Shown: positions 29,702 through 37,992 of the stretch, one piece after another
Position numbering within the stretch: the first letter of the stretch is position 1
How the letters are laid out: the number at the start of each line of letters is the position of its first letter
Assembly (NCBI GenBank): GCA_003645805.1
Contig: QNCL01000002.1
Span: forward strand, 1-39,482
DNA length: 39,482 nucleotides
Reading direction: 5' to 3'
Origin: Candidatus Omnitrophota bacterium
Lineage (GTDB): Bacteria; Omnitrophota; 4484-213
Notes under the pieces: generated by a model
Databases searched by the model: none
What the model saw: only the letters and a program-made list of their open reading frames with translations
Told to the model about the DNA's origin: nothing
Position numbers and translations under genes: made by a program

Positions 29702-30130
29702 ATGAGAAAAGAAATAGTAGGGATAGGGTTGATTTTGCTTCTCTCTCTAAATGGATGTGCTACTTTGAAAAAGGAAGGTTTGAAGGAAGAAGAGAGAAGG
29801 TTGGGAGTTGCTGAGGAGTTAAAGTTTGATGATGTTCCTCTGCCCGCAGGTTTTAAACTTGATACACAGAATTCGTTTATTTTTCAAAACGAGTTTACCC
29901 GTGTGGGATTGCTGAGATATATGGGCAAAGCAGATGTGGGTGATATTATCGAATTTTACAAAGAGCAGATGCCCCTGCATAATTGGAATACATTAAATAT
30001 TGTAGAGTATGGAAGAGTAATCTTAAACTTTGAGAAGGAGAAAGAAACTTGTATTATTACCTTAGAACCAGTGATTACCCGAGTAATGCTTACTATCTCC
30101 ATTGCTCCTAAGGCAGGAAAAAGCAGATAA
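29702..30130 (+). CDS. Lipoprotein of unknown function
   Basis: Signal peptide with lipobox LSLNGC (Cys19). The mature domain is about 120 aa with no motif I recognise. Confidence 0.75.
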   Translation: MRKEIVGIGLILLLSLNGCATLKKEGLKEEERRLGVAEELKFDDVPLPAGFKLDTQNSFIFQNEFTRVGLLRYMGKADVGDIIEFYKEQMPLHNWNTLNIVEYGRVILNFEKEKETCIITLEPVITRVMLTISIAPKAGKSR

Positions 30131-30133
30131 GAC

Positions 30134-30162
30134 TTGACAAAGAGGGAGAAAAGAGGTAAAAT
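30134..30162 (+). promoter_or_regulatory. Near-consensus promoter for the porin gene (TTGACA-N17-TAAAAT)
   Basis: TTGACA at 30134-30139, a 17-nt spacer, and TAAAAT at 30157-30162. It predicts a 5' UTR of about 100 nt. Confidence 0.55.
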
Positions 30163-30190
30163 TTCTCTAAAATAGAAAGCAAGATAATCT

Positions 30191-30213
30191 TCAGCACTTA
30201 ATATAAGTGCTGA
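30191..30213 (+). promoter_or_regulatory. Perfect 10-bp/3-nt-loop palindrome in the porin 5' UTR
   Basis: TCAGCACTTA-ATA-TAAGTGCTGA. A second stem follows: CCAGCC (30215-30220) pairs with GGCTGG (30243-30248). Confidence 0.55.
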
Positions 30214-30268
30214 GCCAGCCCTGAACTCTAAAAAAGAGAGAAGGCTGGAGTAAAAAAGGAGGGAGGAA

Positions 30269-31579
30269 ATGGCAAAAAGAGGATTATGGTGGATAGGAGC
30301 GAGTGTACTATGCTTTCTTATGTATGCTACTACAGCAAAGGCAGAGGTGCAGAATGTAAAGGTGAGCGGAGATGTTACTGTAAGAGGAGTGTATCGCACA
30401 AACTATGACTTGCAAAGAGAATATATGGATGCTGTCACGGGGAGAGATAATAAGAGTTTTTTGATGTCTACAGTGCGCTTAAAGTTAGATGCAGATCTAA
30501 CAGATAATGTATCTGCCACTGTTAGAATAATCAATGAACGGGATTGGGACCAAGACAGCACAGCGTCTGATGACATTGATATGGACCTGGCTTATATTAC
30601 TTTAAGAGAGATCAATTATTGGCCAGTTACTTTAACCATTGGACGCCAAGAATTAAGATATGGTAATCTTTTGGTCATCGGTGATGGAGACCTTAACTCC
30701 AATGCACTAACAGGACTTACTGCCAAAGACCTGAGTGCACGCAAGGCATTTGATGCTATCAAGGCAGTATTTGACCTCTCTCCTTTGACCCTGGATGTAT
30801 TCACTGCTAAGATAGATGAGGATACAAGCACAGGAAGCACCTCCAGCGATACCGACCTTTATGGGGTCAATGCACGATATGAATTTCCTGACTATGATGC
30901 AATAGGAGAGGCATACTACTTCTCTAAAAAGGTAGGAGGAACAGACCACAAGAGAATAGATACTGTAGGAATTAGAGGCAAACTTACTCCCGCAGAGAAT
31001 CTTACTTTAAATGCAGAGATTGCTCACCAGTTTGGAGAGTATGTGGCTGAGCGAGATATGTCTGCGGATGCAATCCAGTTAGGTGTAGATTACGCAATGG
31101 TTGAGTATCTATACTCGCCTACTATTGGTCTTTGGTATACTTACTTTTCTGGACAAAAGGCTGGAGAAGGTGGAAACCAGCACAACTGGGATTCAATGTA
31201 TAGTGATCAAGTCTGCGGAGAGATTGTTTCTGCTTTAGGGCTTGCAAGTAAGAATGTGCATATTGTCAATGTGAAAGGGTCTATCAAGCCTGTGGATAAA
31301 TTAACCCTTTCTCTTGACTACTACTACTTTGCTACCGCAGAGAAGTATGCTGCAGGAAATCATACCTTTTTGGGCACCAATCTTACTAGCTATACCTATA
31401 CCCTTGAGGGAGATAAGGACTACCTGGGGAATGAGATTGACCTGAGGTTGGCTTATGATTACACTGAGGATGTGCAGTTTGGTCTGTTAGCCGCTTGGTT
31501 TATTCCAGGTAGTGCCTTTGCTGAAGTCAATCACAATACAGCCAAGGAGGTAATCGGTTCAGTAAAAGTAACCTTCTAA
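30269..31579 (+). CDS. Outer-membrane porin, alginate-export (AlgE)-like beta-barrel
   Basis: Signal peptide ending TTAKA-EVQ, TIGRQELRYGN (the GRQ motif I associate with the Alginate_exp family), many amphipathic strands, and a C-terminal VKVTF. It is flanked by its own promoter and terminator. Confidence 0.7.
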   Translation: MAKRGLWWIGASVLCFLMYATTAKAEVQNVKVSGDVTVRGVYRTNYDLQREYMDAVTGRDNKSFLMSTVRLKLDADLTDNVSATVRIINERDWDQDSTASDDIDMDLAYITLREINYWPVTLTIGRQELRYGNLLVIGDGDLNSNALTGLTAKDLSARKAFDAIKAVFDLSPLTLDVFTAKIDEDTSTGSTSSDTDLYGVNARYEFPDYDAIGEAYYFSKKVGGTDHKRIDTVGIRGKLTPAENLTLNAEIAHQFGEYVAERDMSADAIQLGVDYAMVEYLYSPTIGLWYTYFSGQKAGEGGNQHNWDSMYSDQVCGEIVSALGLASKNVHIVNVKGSIKPVDKLTLSLDYYYFATAEKYAAGNHTFLGTNLTSYTYTLEGDKDYLGNEIDLRLAYDYTEDVQFGLLAAWFIPGSAFAEVNHNTAKEVIGSVKVTF

Positions 31580-31604
31580 GAGCAAGAAAGGACTGATGTA
31601 CCTG

Positions 31605-31650
31605 CCCTTCTGCTCTCTCTATAATTCTGATGAGGGCAGAAGGGTTTTTT
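31605..31650 (+). terminator. Rho-independent terminator of the porin gene
   Basis: CCCTTCTGC (31605-31613) pairs with GCAGAAGGG (31636-31644): 9 bp with a 22-nt loop, followed by TTTTTT (31645-31650). Confidence 0.7.
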
Positions 31651-31654
31651 GTTT

Positions 31655-33451
31655 ATGATGGTAGAGAGGATACGCAACTTCTCTATTATTGCGCATATTG
31701 ATCACGGAAAATCTACACTTGCAGACAGACTTTTAGAGTATACTGGAGCAATCTCCGAACGGGAATTTAGAGAGCAGGTTCTTGACGATATGGAGTTGGA
31801 AAGAGAGCGAGGAATTACTATCAAGGCACGAGCAGTTCGTCTTCTTTATACTTTTCAAGATAAAGAGTATATTCTAAACCTGATTGATACCCCTGGTCAT
31901 GTAGACTTTAATTATGAGGTATGCAAGAGTCTTGTTGCTTGCGAAGGTGCGCTTTTGTTGGTAGATGCTTCCCAAGGAGTAGAGGCGCAGACCATCGCTA
32001 ATCTACATTTAGCCCAAGAGAATAATCTGGCTCTTATTCCCATTATTAACAAGATTGATTTAAAGGAGGCGGACATAAAGAGGACAAAGGAACAAATAAG
32101 CAAACTCTTAAACCTTAAGAATCCAGAGGAAGAAATACTTTTGGTCAGTGCTAAGCAGGGGCTGGGAATAAGGAAGGTTTTTGAGAGGATAGTAGAGATT
32201 ATTCCTCCTCCTTTAGAGGATTCTCAAGGTTCTCTGCGGGCTTTTATTTTTGATTCCAGGTTTGATGTCTATCAAGGAGTAGTTGTCTATGTGCGCATCT
32301 TTGCCGGCGTGCTAAAACCTCTGATGAAGATTAGACTTTTCAGCACAAACAAGGTCTATGAGGTTCAGAAGGTAGGTATCTTTAATCCTCGCCCTTCTAA
32401 TGTAGATTTTCTAAATTGCGGGGAAGTAGGCTTCTTTACCGCCAATATCCGCAATCCGCAAGATATAAGAGTAGGGGATACAATTAGCGACGCCTCTGTG
32501 GACAAGAAAGTTATTCCGGTGATAGAACTTAAGGAAAGTAGACCCTTGGTGTTTAGCGGGATCTATCCCTTGCGCGAAAGCGACTTCCTTGCTTTAAGAC
32601 AGGCTTTGGAGAAATTGCACTTAAACGATAGTTCTTTTGTCTTTCAGCCAGACTCTTCACCTTGCTTTGGTCAAGGATTCCGCTGTGGATTTTTAGGACT
32701 TCTGCATATGGAGATAATTCAGGAGAGGCTGGAGAGGGAGTTTGGCTTAGAGGTAATTAGCACCAGTGCTAATCTGACCTATAAGGTGAGAAAGAAGAAT
32801 GGGGAGGAGATTGAGGTGAGTAATGCCGCAGAGTTTCCTTCTCGCACAGAGATAAAGGAAGTAAAAGAGCCGTATGTAGAGGGGTTTATAATTACCCCCG
32901 CAAGGTATATCGGGAGGATAATGGAATTGGCTCAAGAATGCAGGGGTGTCTATAAACAACTGGAGTATTTAGATGAAGGGTGCGCTCTTCTCCGATATGA
33001 TTTCCCTTTAGCAGAGATTATCGGTGATTTCTATGATAGGATAAAATCAATCAGCCAGGGTTATGCCTCCTTTGACTACGAGTTTAAAGGCTATTTTAAG
33101 GGAGACCTGGTAAAGATAAATGTGCTAATTAATCGCAAGCCCATTCCTGCCCTTTCTTTGATTGTTTGTCGCGAGAAAGCACCTCAGAAGGCTTTGCAGA
33201 TTGTGGAGAGATTAAAGAATTTAATCCCTAAGCATCTGTTTGAAGTGGTTATCCAGGCAGCGATTGATGGGCAGATTATTGCCCGAGCAAGCATAAAGCC
33301 TTTACGGAAGAATGTCACCGCCAAGTGTTATGGAGGAGATATTACGCGCAAGAGAAAACTTTGGGAGAAGCAGAAGGCAGGAAAGAAGAGAATGAAGCAG
33401 ATAGGGGAAGTGAGGATACCTCAGGAGGCGTTTAGAGCAGTATTTAAGTAA
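31655..33451 (+). CDS. lepA: Elongation factor 4 (LepA)
   Basis: IRNFSIIAHIDHGKSTLADRLL, DTPGH and NKID are G-domain motifs. The LepA-specific C-terminus is ...AKCYGGDITRKRKLWEKQKAGKKRMKQIGEVRIPQEAF. The start is ATG 31655 or 31658. Confidence 0.96.
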   Translation: MMVERIRNFSIIAHIDHGKSTLADRLLEYTGAISEREFREQVLDDMELERERGITIKARAVRLLYTFQDKEYILNLIDTPGHVDFNYEVCKSLVACEGALLLVDASQGVEAQTIANLHLAQENNLALIPIINKIDLKEADIKRTKEQISKLLNLKNPEEEILLVSAKQGLGIRKVFERIVEIIPPPLEDSQGSLRAFIFDSRFDVYQGVVVYVRIFAGVLKPLMKIRLFSTNKVYEVQKVGIFNPRPSNVDFLNCGEVGFFTANIRNPQDIRVGDTISDASVDKKVIPVIELKESRPLVFSGIYPLRESDFLALRQALEKLHLNDSSFVFQPDSSPCFGQGFRCGFLGLLHMEIIQERLEREFGLEVISTSANLTYKVRKKNGEEIEVSNAAEFPSRTEIKEVKEPYVEGFIITPARYIGRIMELAQECRGVYKQLEYLDEGCALLRYDFPLAEIIGDFYDRIKSISQGYASFDYEFKGYFKGDLVKINVLINRKPIPALSLIVCREKAPQKALQIVERLKNLIPKHLFEVVIQAAIDGQIIARASIKPLRKNVTAKCYGGDITRKRKLWEKQKAGKKRMKQIGEVRIPQEAFRAVFK

Positions 33452-33531
33452 AGAAGTGAAAAAGGATAGGCAAGAAAAGGAAGCGAGAGTTAAAAGAAAG
33501 CATCCTGTAGTTGTTCTCACTTTTAGTAAAT

Positions 33532-34074
33532 ATGAATTCGGCACTTAAGCAGGCAATTCAGGAGTGGGTAGAGTCTATTGTCATTGCTTTTGTCTTGGCA
33601 ATGTTTATCATTCGTCCCTTCTTTGTAGAGGCTTTCAAGATTCCCACGGGCTCTATGCGTCCCACTTTGCAGGAGGGAGATAGGATTTTGGTAAATAAAC
33701 TGATATATCGGTTTAAAGAACCAGAGAGAGGAGATATAATTGTATTTAGATATCCTTTAAATCCAAAAAGAGACTTTATCAAAAGGCTGGTAGCAAAAGG
33801 AAAGGAGAAGGTGGAGATTAGAGAGGGTAGAATACTTATAAATGGAAGAGAGGTAGAGAATGAGAACCTGAAGAGGTTCTATTATTACAACTATGGAAGA
33901 TATGGAAAGAGAGGAGTAGAGGTAGAGGTGCCTGAAGGGCATTATTTTGTGCTGGGAGATAACAGTGTGGTAAGCAGAGATAGCCGTTATTGGGGATTTG
34001 TTCCGCGTAAGAATTTGCTGGGAAAAGCGTTTTTAATCTACTGGCCTCCGAGCAGGATCAGAATTCTGCATTAG
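33532..34074 (+). CDS. lepB: Signal peptidase I
   Basis: TGSMRPTL (catalytic Ser), IKRLVA (catalytic Lys box) and GDNSVVSRDSRYWG. Conserved lepA-lepB pairing. The start could be ATG 33532 or TTG 33511. Confidence 0.92.
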   Translation: MNSALKQAIQEWVESIVIAFVLAMFIIRPFFVEAFKIPTGSMRPTLQEGDRILVNKLIYRFKEPERGDIIVFRYPLNPKRDFIKRLVAKGKEKVEIREGRILINGREVENENLKRFYYYNYGRYGKRGVEVEVPEGHYFVLGDNSVVSRDSRYWGFVPRKNLLGKAFLIYWPPSRIRILH

Positions 34075-34093
34075 AAGGGTATAAGAATTTCTT

Positions 34094-34633
34094 ATGAATC
34101 TACCTAACAAACTCAGTATCTTAAGAATTTCATTGATTCCTTTTGTAGTTATCTGTCTGCTATACTATACTCCTTATAATGAACCTTTGAGATGGATTGC
34201 ACTCTCCCTTTTTTGTCTGGCTATTCTTACAGACGCAGTTGATGGTTATATAGCCCGGCAGAAAAAGCAATGGACAGAATTAGGAAGTTTTTTAGACCCT
34301 TTAGCAGACAAATTTCTCATTAACTCTGTGTTTGTCTGTCTTACCATTGGAAGATTTCCTGTGCGTATTCCTACTTGGGTTACTATCACAGTAATTAGCA
34401 GAGATCTAATTATTGGCTTAGGTTTTGTACTGATATATATCATTACTGGGAAGAAAAAGGTTCAGCCTAACAGGCTGGGAAAGATAACCACTTTCTTTCA
34501 AATGCTAACCATTATTTTGGTCCTTCTGAGGTTTCCTTATTTTAGGATGATAGCAAACATCACAGGTGCTCTTACCATTGCCTCTGGTTTAGCATATATC
34601 AGAAGAGAAAGTAGAGTTTTAAATCCTCTCTGA
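34094..34633 (+). CDS. pgsA: CDP-diacylglycerol--glycerol-3-phosphate 3-phosphatidyltransferase
   Basis: The CDP-alcohol phosphatidyltransferase motif is DAVDGYIARQ...G..LDPLADK. 179 aa, polytopic. Confidence 0.9.
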   Translation: MNLPNKLSILRISLIPFVVICLLYYTPYNEPLRWIALSLFCLAILTDAVDGYIARQKKQWTELGSFLDPLADKFLINSVFVCLTIGRFPVRIPTWVTITVISRDLIIGLGFVLIYIITGKKKVQPNRLGKITTFFQMLTIILVLLRFPYFRMIANITGALTIASGLAYIRRESRVLNPL

Positions 34634-34691
34634 TTTTTAATCTAAAATTTTGAACTTAAGGTTATTTTTTTGAATTTTAGAGGGATAAGTG

Positions 34692-35972
34692 ATGGAGAAC
34701 AAAGTTGCCATTGTAGGAAGACCCAATGTGGGTAAGTCCACCCTATTTAATCGTTTGATAAAACAAAGGAAGTCCATAGTAGAGAAATCGGATGGAGTAA
34801 CCCGAGACAGGATTTATGCCAGTTTCTGCTGGCGAGGTTATTATATAGAACTTATTGATACTGGAGGTCTGATTGCCTTCTCAGATAACTCCTCTTTGAA
34901 AGGGATAGAGAGGTTAATAAGAAAACAGATAGATATTGCCGTGGAGGAAGCGTTAGTGACTATTTTTGTCACCGATGTTCACGCAGGAATAACCCCTCTG
35001 GATAAGCAGGTTTCGTTGTATCTAAAGAAGAAAAGCAAAGAGGTGATATTGGCAGTGAATAAGGTAGATAATGAGAGGTTAAAAAACGAAACCGCCGAGT
35101 TTTATCAGTTGGGATTTGATCCCCTTTTTCCTGTTTCTGCTGCTCAGGGATTAGGGATAGGAGATTTGCTTGACCACCTGATCAAAAAACTTCCTCCTAT
35201 TCTTTCTCCGCAGATAAAAGAGGAAGTTATTAAGATAGCCATTGTAGGTAAGCCCAATGTAGGTAAGTCCTCTTTTATAAACTCCTTATTAGGACAGGAA
35301 AGGATGATTGTGGATGCTCAGCCAGGCACTACTCGCGATAGTGTGGATGTGGTATTTAGAAAAGGAGAGAGGCAATATCTTTTGTCCGATACAGCAGGAA
35401 TAAGGAGGAGAAAGGGGATAAAGGATAATCTAAGTCTGTATAGTTTGTATCGCACTCAGCAGGCAATAGAGAGGTCGGATGTAGTTCTTATTTTGATTGA
35501 TATGCAGGAAGGTTTAAGTAGACAGGATATTGCTATTCTGAATTTTGTTCTTCGGCATAAGAAAGGGTGTTTAATTGCTATAAATAAGAAGGATCTCTTC
35601 TCAGGCGTTTCTCTGAAAGAATATGAGAAAGCAATTCGGAAGCGTATACCCTATCTTCATTTTATTCCTATTATCTTCATCTCTGCTTTGAAGGGAGAGA
35701 ATATAGAGGAAACATTAAATCTGCTCACCGAGATTGCTGATAACCATAGTCAGCGGATACATACCAGCATTCTTAACAGATTAAATATCTCCTTTCCTCA
35801 TATTCGCATCTATTACTTTACACAAGTAAAGACAAAGCCACCCAAATTTCTTGTTTTTGTAAGCAATGTCAACGCTATCAAGTCTCATCATTCTGTGTAT
35901 CTGAAGAATCAATTGCGCGAGAAACTAAATTTCAAAGGAGTTCCTATAGAGATAGAGTTTAGGAAGCATTAA
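34692..35972 (+). CDS. der: Ribosome-biogenesis GTPase Der (EngA)
   Basis: Tandem G domains (GRPNVGKSTLFNRL and GKPNVGKSSFINSL, each with DTxG and NKxD) plus a C-terminal KH-like domain. ATG 34692 follows AGAGGGA. Confidence 0.95.
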   Translation: MENKVAIVGRPNVGKSTLFNRLIKQRKSIVEKSDGVTRDRIYASFCWRGYYIELIDTGGLIAFSDNSSLKGIERLIRKQIDIAVEEALVTIFVTDVHAGITPLDKQVSLYLKKKSKEVILAVNKVDNERLKNETAEFYQLGFDPLFPVSAAQGLGIGDLLDHLIKKLPPILSPQIKEEVIKIAIVGKPNVGKSSFINSLLGQERMIVDAQPGTTRDSVDVVFRKGERQYLLSDTAGIRRRKGIKDNLSLYSLYRTQQAIERSDVVLILIDMQEGLSRQDIAILNFVLRHKKGCLIAINKKDLFSGVSLKEYEKAIRKRIPYLHFIPIIFISALKGENIEETLNLLTEIADNHSQRIHTSILNRLNISFPHIRIYYFTQVKTKPPKFLVFVSNVNAIKSHHSVYLKNQLREKLNFKGVPIEIEFRKH

Positions 35973-35973
35973 G

Positions 35974-36825
35974 ATGATAAGAATAGTAAGCTTTCTTTTT
36001 CTTTTTCTGGCGGTAGCCTCTTTTGTTTACTACTTCTATCCCTCTATTTATGAGTATCTTAAAACTTATCAAAGGAGTCAGCGAGTAAAAAAAACAACAA
36101 ATCACCTATCTCGGATGTTCATCAGAGTTTCTTCAGAGAGTATAGTTTATATCCTCTTCTTTAGCCCTCTCGTTTTAGCCCTGATAGGCTTTCTGATTAC
36201 TGAAAACCTTATTTTTACTTTCCTGTGTGCCGGCTTTGGGTTTGCTCTTCCTGGAACAGTTATCAAGATTCTACAAAAGAGACGCATAAAGAAATTCGAG
36301 ATGCAGTTAATAGATGCACTTACCTCCCTTTCCAGTTCATTGAAAGCAGGATTAAGTCTTCTACAAGCCATACAGATATTGGTAGAGGAACTTCCGCCTC
36401 CTATCTCGCAAGAGTTTAGTTTGATTTTGATGGAAAACAAATTGGGAGTGCCTCTGGAGAAGTCTCTTCAGAGTTTAGGAAAGAGGATAAAAAGTGAACC
36501 TTTGACTCTTACCATAAGAGCAGTGCTTATTGCTCGTCAGACAGGAGGGGATCTGACCGCTGTCTTTTCCCAGATTGTAAACACAATCAGGGAGAGAGAG
36601 AAGTTGGAGCGACGGATGAAGACCCTAACCTCTCAAGGAAAGATGCAAGGAGCACTGATGGGGGCTTTACCAATCATCTTTGCTCTTGTAGTATCTACAA
36701 CCAATCCTTCCCTGGTTTCTACTATGCTCAATGATCCTATTGGACAAGCAATGCTTGTTTATGGGCTAATCTCTGAGATTATCGGAATAATCCTTATCCG
36801 CAGAATATGTCAGATAAGGGTGTAG
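35974..36825 (+). CDS. tadB: Tad/type II secretion system F-family inner-membrane platform protein (TadB-like)
   Basis: 283 aa with an N-terminal TM helix, a cytoplasmic T2SSF helical domain (LIDALTSLSSSLKAGLSLLQAI...ARQTGGDL) and C-terminal TM helices. It starts 1 nt after the der stop. Confidence 0.8.
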   Translation: MIRIVSFLFLFLAVASFVYYFYPSIYEYLKTYQRSQRVKKTTNHLSRMFIRVSSESIVYILFFSPLVLALIGFLITENLIFTFLCAGFGFALPGTVIKILQKRRIKKFEMQLIDALTSLSSSLKAGLSLLQAIQILVEELPPPISQEFSLILMENKLGVPLEKSLQSLGKRIKSEPLTLTIRAVLIARQTGGDLTAVFSQIVNTIREREKLERRMKTLTSQGKMQGALMGALPIIFALVVSTTNPSLVSTMLNDPIGQAMLVYGLISEIIGIILIRRICQIRV

Positions 36826-36828
36826 AAG

Positions 36829-37686
36829 ATGCTTTATTTTCTTTCATTATCTTTTATCTTTTTTGCTATCTTCCTCCTTACCTTTTCCTTATTTCCTGAG
36901 CGAAGTGAGAAAAGGATTCGAGAACGCCTGCTTTTAGAGGAGGGGGGAAAGAGGAAGAGAGGGATCCTGGAACTATTAGTTCCCTTTAATAGACGACTGA
37001 AACTTCCCCAGATGAAGGAGAATCTGCACAGACGCCTGGTCTGGGCGGGTTTAGATATTGAGTTTAGCCCTGAGGAGTTTTTAGCCTTGAAGGAAATAAG
37101 CGCTGTCTTTTCCTTCTTTCTTTATCTGATAGTTGCAGAAGCGCAGATAAAGATCGGCTATTTTATGCTCAGCATTATTATAGGCTTTTTCCTGCCTGAT
37201 CTCTGGTTAAGAGAGAGGATTAGGAGGAGGCAAGAGCAGATAAGACGCGCTCTTCCTGATGTGGTAGATTTACTTTCTCTCTCTGTAGAAGCAGGGCTGG
37301 ATTTTATGCTGGCAGTAAATAGAGTAGTGCGAGAAAGCGAGCCCAATCCTTTTATTGAAGAATTGGGTAAGATGTGGCAGGAGACCAGAATTGGAAGAAC
37401 ACGCCGAGAGGCATTATTAAATATGGCAAAGAGAATAAATATTCCCGATGTTTCTTCCTTTGTGCGCACTTTGGTGCAAGCAGATAGAATGGGCACAAGC
37501 ATTGCCGAGGCTTTGCATAACCTTTCTCAGGAAGTAAGAATGCAGAGATTTCAACAGACAGAGAAACTTGCACTTCAAGCACCTGTCAAGCTTCTTATTC
37601 CTTTAATGTTATTTATTCTCCCCGCAGTATTGGTGGTTGTCGCCGGTCCCGTTCTTATTCAGTTTATGAAGCAAGGTATAAGATAA
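36829..37686 (+). CDS. tadC: Tad/type II secretion system F-family inner-membrane platform protein (TadC-like)
   Basis: 285 aa with a T2SSF domain (LPDVVDLLSLSVEAGLDFMLAV...VQADRMGTSIAEAL...RMQRFQQTEKLALQAPVKLLIPLMLFILP). It starts 3 nt after tadB. Confidence 0.8.
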   Translation: MLYFLSLSFIFFAIFLLTFSLFPERSEKRIRERLLLEEGGKRKRGILELLVPFNRRLKLPQMKENLHRRLVWAGLDIEFSPEEFLALKEISAVFSFFLYLIVAEAQIKIGYFMLSIIIGFFLPDLWLRERIRRRQEQIRRALPDVVDLLSLSVEAGLDFMLAVNRVVRESEPNPFIEELGKMWQETRIGRTRREALLNMAKRINIPDVSSFVRTLVQADRMGTSIAEALHNLSQEVRMQRFQQTEKLALQAPVKLLIPLMLFILPAVLVVVAGPVLIQFMKQGIR

Positions 37687-37700
37687 CTTTCCTTTTTACG

Positions 37701-37785
37701 GCCGGAGTGGCGAAATTGGCAGACGCGCATGGTTTAGGACCATGTGGGGAAACCCGTGGAGGTTCAAATCCTCTCTCCGGCACCA
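37701..37785 (+). tRNA. tRNA-Leu (anticodon UAG), class II long variable arm, CCA encoded
   Basis: Acceptor stem GCCGGAG/CTCCGGC, anticodon arm CATGG-TTTAGGA-CCATG, variable arm TGGGGAAACCCGT, T arm GGAGG-TTCAAAT-CCTCT, discriminator A, then CCA. Confidence 0.93.
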
Positions 37786-37992
37786 AAACCCGACTTTGTA
37801 GCAAAGCAGAGAACAAAGAATTTCCTCCTGAAGTGAAATTTATATATTCACTATGTAAAACTATGGCAGACAAAGTCAGTAAAAATATACGCAAACTACA
37901 CCAAAAAGAAAGATATGTTCCAAGATCGCCTATCTAAAGAGGCAGATTTAGCCTTAAATACAATTGTTAAGATAGAGACAGGAGAGAATTCT

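Noticed and set aside
34641-34681. 9-bp inverted repeat TCTAAAATT...AATTTTAGA with a 23-nt spacer between pgsA and der.
   Set aside because: It is an entirely A/T stem in an AT-rich spacer with a long loop, so the predicted stability is very low and a chance occurrence is likely. I noted it only as a possible weak element near the der SD.
37664-37937. Two 76-aa ORFs (37707-37937 on + and 37664-37894 on -) after tadC.
   Set aside because: Both are built on the tRNA-Leu gene sequence and the following AT-rich spacer. They have no SD and no recognisable protein features.
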